DNA of 63,658 nt, counting the filler, from Intoshia linei (taxonomy: Eukaryota > Animalia > Orthonectida): assembly GCA_001642005.1 (NCBI GenBank). It is 4 parts of 4 records of this genome, joined end to end, with 100 filler letters (N's around TTAATTAATTAA, not from the genome) between each part and the next. Parts side by side here need not be neighbours in the genome. Positions count along the whole stretch, not along the records: positions 61,025 to 63,658 come from LWCA01002277.1; 3 more parts are not named here. One strand, written 5' to 3'. Both the position numbers and the translations under genes were made by a program. Positions 61,780 through 63,658 of this stretch are shown here, piece after piece (the first letter of the stretch is position 1; each line of letters starts with the position of its first letter). The notes below the pieces were generated by a model. The model was not told the origin of the DNA and ran no database searches. It worked only from the letters and a program-made list of their open reading frames with translations.

Positions 61780-62250
61780 AAAATTATTTCTAATGATTAA
61801 AAATATAAAATTATTTTAAATTGATGAGAAATTGTCTCCTTTACCACCTGGAACTTTTTCTTTTGTTTTTACCTGAAGCTTAAATTTTTACCCAAGCATA
61901 GATGGTACACCATCAGTAAAAAAACCGCATATATTTTTCTAATTTAAATTTCCTTCTATAAAAAAGTCATTAATTTTTATTTTTTGTAAGAAGTTCACTA
62001 CAAAATAAGAATTCTTCCTAAATTTTNCAAGCATAGATGGTACACCATCAGTAAAAACACCGCATATATTGTTCTAATTTAAATTTCCTTCTATAAAAAA
62101 GTCATTAATTTTTATTTTTTGTAAGAAGTTCACTACAAAATAAGAATTCTTCCTAAATTTTTATTTCAAATGAATATATTTCTCAAAAATTAAAACTAAA
62201 AAATTAAATATTTTATAAAAATTTGCAACCCCCGGTTGAGAAATTATGCT
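61780..62250 (-). pseudogene. hAT (Buster/ZBED5-like) transposase fragment
   Basis: EEFLFCSELL and ICGFFTDGVPSMLG (catalytic TDG motif), with stops. Confidence 0.75.
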
Positions 62251-62740
62251 CTAAACTTACTGTATTTGAAAATAAGAAATTGCGTAGCAATGATAAAAAA
62301 CAGAACGAATCAATTTATGAAATTAGAACCGATATTATTGAATTTCAAATATGTATAATATACATTGTATATTAGGATGTTACAAAATTTTAAAAATTAA
62401 ATGCAGGATCAGAAAAAGTTGAGTAATTAATCAAAAATGACAATACAAAAAAAATTATATAAATTATATTAAAACTAGCTTGACTTTTATGTACTACGTA
62501 CAAACAACACCTAGCTCTGCTGAGGGACATTTTTATAAAAAAATAATAAAAAATAAATTCTTTATGTATGATTAATTATTAATTCAATGAACATTGTGTA
62601 TACAATTAAAAAAAAATTTTTTTAAAGTGTGATGGATATAATTAATTGGCATGTTAAAAAGCCATTATTTAAAAAGCTTAAAATATGACAAGCATCTATA
62701 AGAAAATTATTTTATGTAATTTTTACATAAATCATATTTA

Positions 62741-63658
62741 GGAACCATTCCAGAAAAATGTGAAATTATCTGATGATATTGAAAAAAAATTGAGTGTAAT
62801 GGTATTTGGTACATCACTTCTGACAATTAATGGAATCCAAAAAAATAGAAAAATTTGCAGTGCAAATTTAGCCAAATATTCTAAATTGAGCATAAATACA
62901 AAACCTGAATATATAAAGAAGCATATTAATGCAATATGTAGTATTAAAGATAATATTGAATTGCCAAAAATTAATGATGACTGCAATAAACCATATTTAA
63001 AAATCCCTATAATGTCGAGTAATCCTCCTATAACACCTGACATTAGTCTAGGTAGATATAATAGTCAATACGTTGGTGATATCTTGAAAAATAAAAGAAG
63101 ATGTGCAAGTTCTAGTATTTGTCGTCGTTCTCCAGGTGTACAATATGCAGATATGAATAATAACACAAATAGCAAAATTCATGTGAATCTAATCAATAAT
63201 TTAAATTTAAATTACGATGAAAATTTAAAAAAAAACAAAAAAATTGATGAATCTCACTTCAAATATACTAGAAAAAAAATTTGTGAGAATGATATTAATA
63301 ATCAAAGAATAGATTCAGAAGCAATTAAGCCACTAAACGTTAATAATTTATTTTTTAACCAAAATAATTCTAGACCTAAATCTACCAATGGACTATATCG
63401 CAATGTAATAATTTTATGATTATTATATTATGAACTGTATTATATTCATTTTAACTTATTTAGAATCGATTTTATTGTAAAAAGATTTATAGTAATATTC
63501 ACTCCAAAAATATTTATATTTTTATTTATTTAGCCAATGATGTCAATACGGTTCCATTAATGTGCACATTGAATATTATAGGAAATCGCTTAAAAAGAAC
63601 CAGTGACACTTGATATAATATATTTTCTGCATTTTGTATTCAATAAATATGTATAAAT
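62741..63658 (+). CDS. Partial gene, possibly folliculin-interacting protein (FNIP)-like
   Basis: 219-codon ORF following an AG acceptor. LSVMVFGTSLLTINGIQKNRKI..YSKL weakly resembles the FNIP N-terminal [21 protein letters not shown]..LSKV. Confidence 0.4.

Noticed and set aside
61894-62160. Near-perfect ~133-bp direct repeat
   Set aside because: The copies are joined by a single n, which points to an unmerged contig overlap. The same pattern occurs at ~49125-49400 and 8297-8489.

Overview
Very AT-rich animal (metazoan) nuclear DNA from a draft scaffold, with three 100-nt gaps that carry a TTAATTAATTAA linker. Genes are split by many tiny (~33-45 nt) GT-AG introns with degenerate donors, and the few long introns are filled with transposon debris. 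This style suggests a reduced parasitic invertebrate such as the orthonectid Intoshia (inference only). Genes rebuilt by manual splicing: mitochondrial GluRS (EARS2), an unknown protein with a possible PH-like end, a BCR/ABR-like DH-PH-C2-RhoGAP, an ARHGAP32/33-like PX-SH3-RhoGAP, PRDM14, an FHL-like LIM protein, GNB1L/ASA1, a coiled-coil protein, MRPS31, HSDL2, TBC1D22, an intronless zDHHC-family protein that has lost its catalytic DHHC motif, GCH1, NVL, cornichon, a divergent RBX-type RING-H2 and a partial FNIP-like gene. Mobile DNA includes many hAT MITEs with 8-bp target-site duplications (TSDs), hAT, Sola2-like, Tc1 and Ty3/gypsy relics, and a multi-copy non-autonomous Helitron family. 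No clear multi-gene novel system is evident. The best leads are the pseudo-DHHC, an intronic tandem repeat with YAG|GTAA recursive-splice-like sites, extreme gene packing (36-bp head-to-head and 81-bp tandem spacers), a possibly truncated EARS2 and a retained PRDM14. All family assignments come from motif recognition, not database searches.
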